A DNA stretch of 17,449 nucleotides from Candidatus Bathyarchaeia archaeon. GTDB taxonomy: Archaea; Thermoproteota; Bathyarchaeia; Bathyarchaeales; Bathycorpusculaceae. The stretch spans positions 1 through 17,449 of the forward strand of contig JBEKGO010000040.1 in assembly GCA_050012755.1 (NCBI GenBank), given 5' to 3'. The position numbers and the translations under genes are program-made. How positions within the stretch are numbered: the first letter of the stretch is position 1; each line of letters begins with the position of its first letter. Of this stretch, positions 17,401 to 17,449 are shown in pieces. The notes beneath the pieces were generated by a model. The model was not told the origin of the DNA and did no database searches. It worked only from the letters and a program-made list of their open reading frames with translations.

Positions 17401-17448
17401 CTGAGAACCCGCAGTCTTCAACGTAACACTGAAAGAACCCACACCATT
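14434..17448 (-). CDS. Large membrane-anchored cell-surface protein with Ig-like/beta-sandwich repeats (5'-truncated by window edge)
   Basis: Frame is open to the window edge. Thr/Ser/Gly/Val-rich, with repeated VTAxDxxGNxVTxYxGxVxFTS...VTLKTAGSQTxTATDT, ISPxxAxIAxGGSQAYS and QYYLTxxSxYGxxxGxGWY modules. C-terminal TM helix followed by RRRRRKK. Confidence 0.9.
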   Translation of the reverse strand, partial: NGVGSFSVTLKTAGSQTLTATDTVTASITGSASVLVTAASGGATNFGVSGFPNPTNAGSAGTVTVTAKDAYGNTVTNYAGIVKITSSDGAAVLPPNAALTNGVGSFIVTLKTKGSQSITATDTVTSTITGSQSGITVNGASLDHLTISPVNAVIAAGGSQAYSVEAFDQYNNDLGSVTLTATFTVNGGAISGNIVTEVYAGSYNIAAFVDGKSVSTYLIVTPSVLNRIVISPKTATIAVGGSQAYSTLGFDVFDNSLGSIAATYSVSAGASVTGNLVSSTLAGTYTVTATFSSKTDAASLTVTQAGATNFIVSATPTAVSAGSSVSVNVTAVDLFGNRVTDYTGTVHFTSSDGLASLPVNSVLTLGTGTFNVALKTAGSQTITATDTITVSITGTSNAVTVSVSTGSTTHFIVSTPTSVAVGIAFNANVTAVDQFGNRVTSYSGTVHFTSTSVGTLPGNSALSGGTGIFSVTLTSAGVQTVTATDTVTSSITGSATLTVTGYTVTFTESGLATGTSWNITFGGTVYSSTTSTITITGASATTYSWSTPTYIQLGQTRYAANQASGSINVPAQLTQNINYQTQYLVTYTSNGNVLAVTVPSSEWVNSGGSATGVFPAQVVNSQGNTRCNFISDNRTSIMQPTTIQATYKTQYYLTVTSAYGTVNGAGWYDSGSTATASINSGTISGATGVQYLFTTWSGDASGSALTSNSITMNSPKTATANWNTQYYLTINSQYGNPTGQGWYAAGSQANIGTSQTISHGTGARYAFAGWTGTGSGAYTGSSATSTVTMNSPITETASWQNQYLVTYTATGNKLPVTVPADEWTTAGTAAKGTFTQTIANKADDTQCIFVNDNRPSTITAPTTINGNYQTQYKVTFSQKGIASDAKGTIVTVSGNAESYSQLPDAMWVNNLGSVSFKFADNIPTTAANKVYALTGTNATSPVTVEMPTMIQGNYQPQFSSSLSIVAIFFLIILVLMFLLLALVAYRRRRRKKQAETAAKPATTP

Positions 17449-17449
17449 C

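Overview
Archaeal chromosomal window, most likely a TACK lineage such as Bathyarchaeia (inferred from ribosomal protein eS30 together with GatDE, Elp3, an Sm protein and Rio2). The left and middle parts are housekeeping: rps30e (missed by the ORF track), elp3, gatD, gatE, two paralogous winged-helix-like hypothetical genes, a small membrane protein, an Lsm/SmAP, rio2, pyrI, a YkgJ-type Cys-cluster protein, a MazG-like pyrophosphatase, an M16 peptidase, mscL, a TspO-like membrane protein and the 3' part of a large Ig-repeat surface protein. The most unusual feature is non-coding. At 13716-14310 four tandem units each pair a conserved ~70-75 nt A-rich element (ACKCARCCWRCARASAAWTYAA... on the - strand) with an array of 10-bp-period repeats whose core differs in every unit (TGTAA x5, AGTGAA x3, GCAMA x7, CGTCA x8). 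A further copy lies in the opposite orientation at about 150-400. Two intergenic regions (10229-10455 and 5727-5782) also look like structured RNA candidates.
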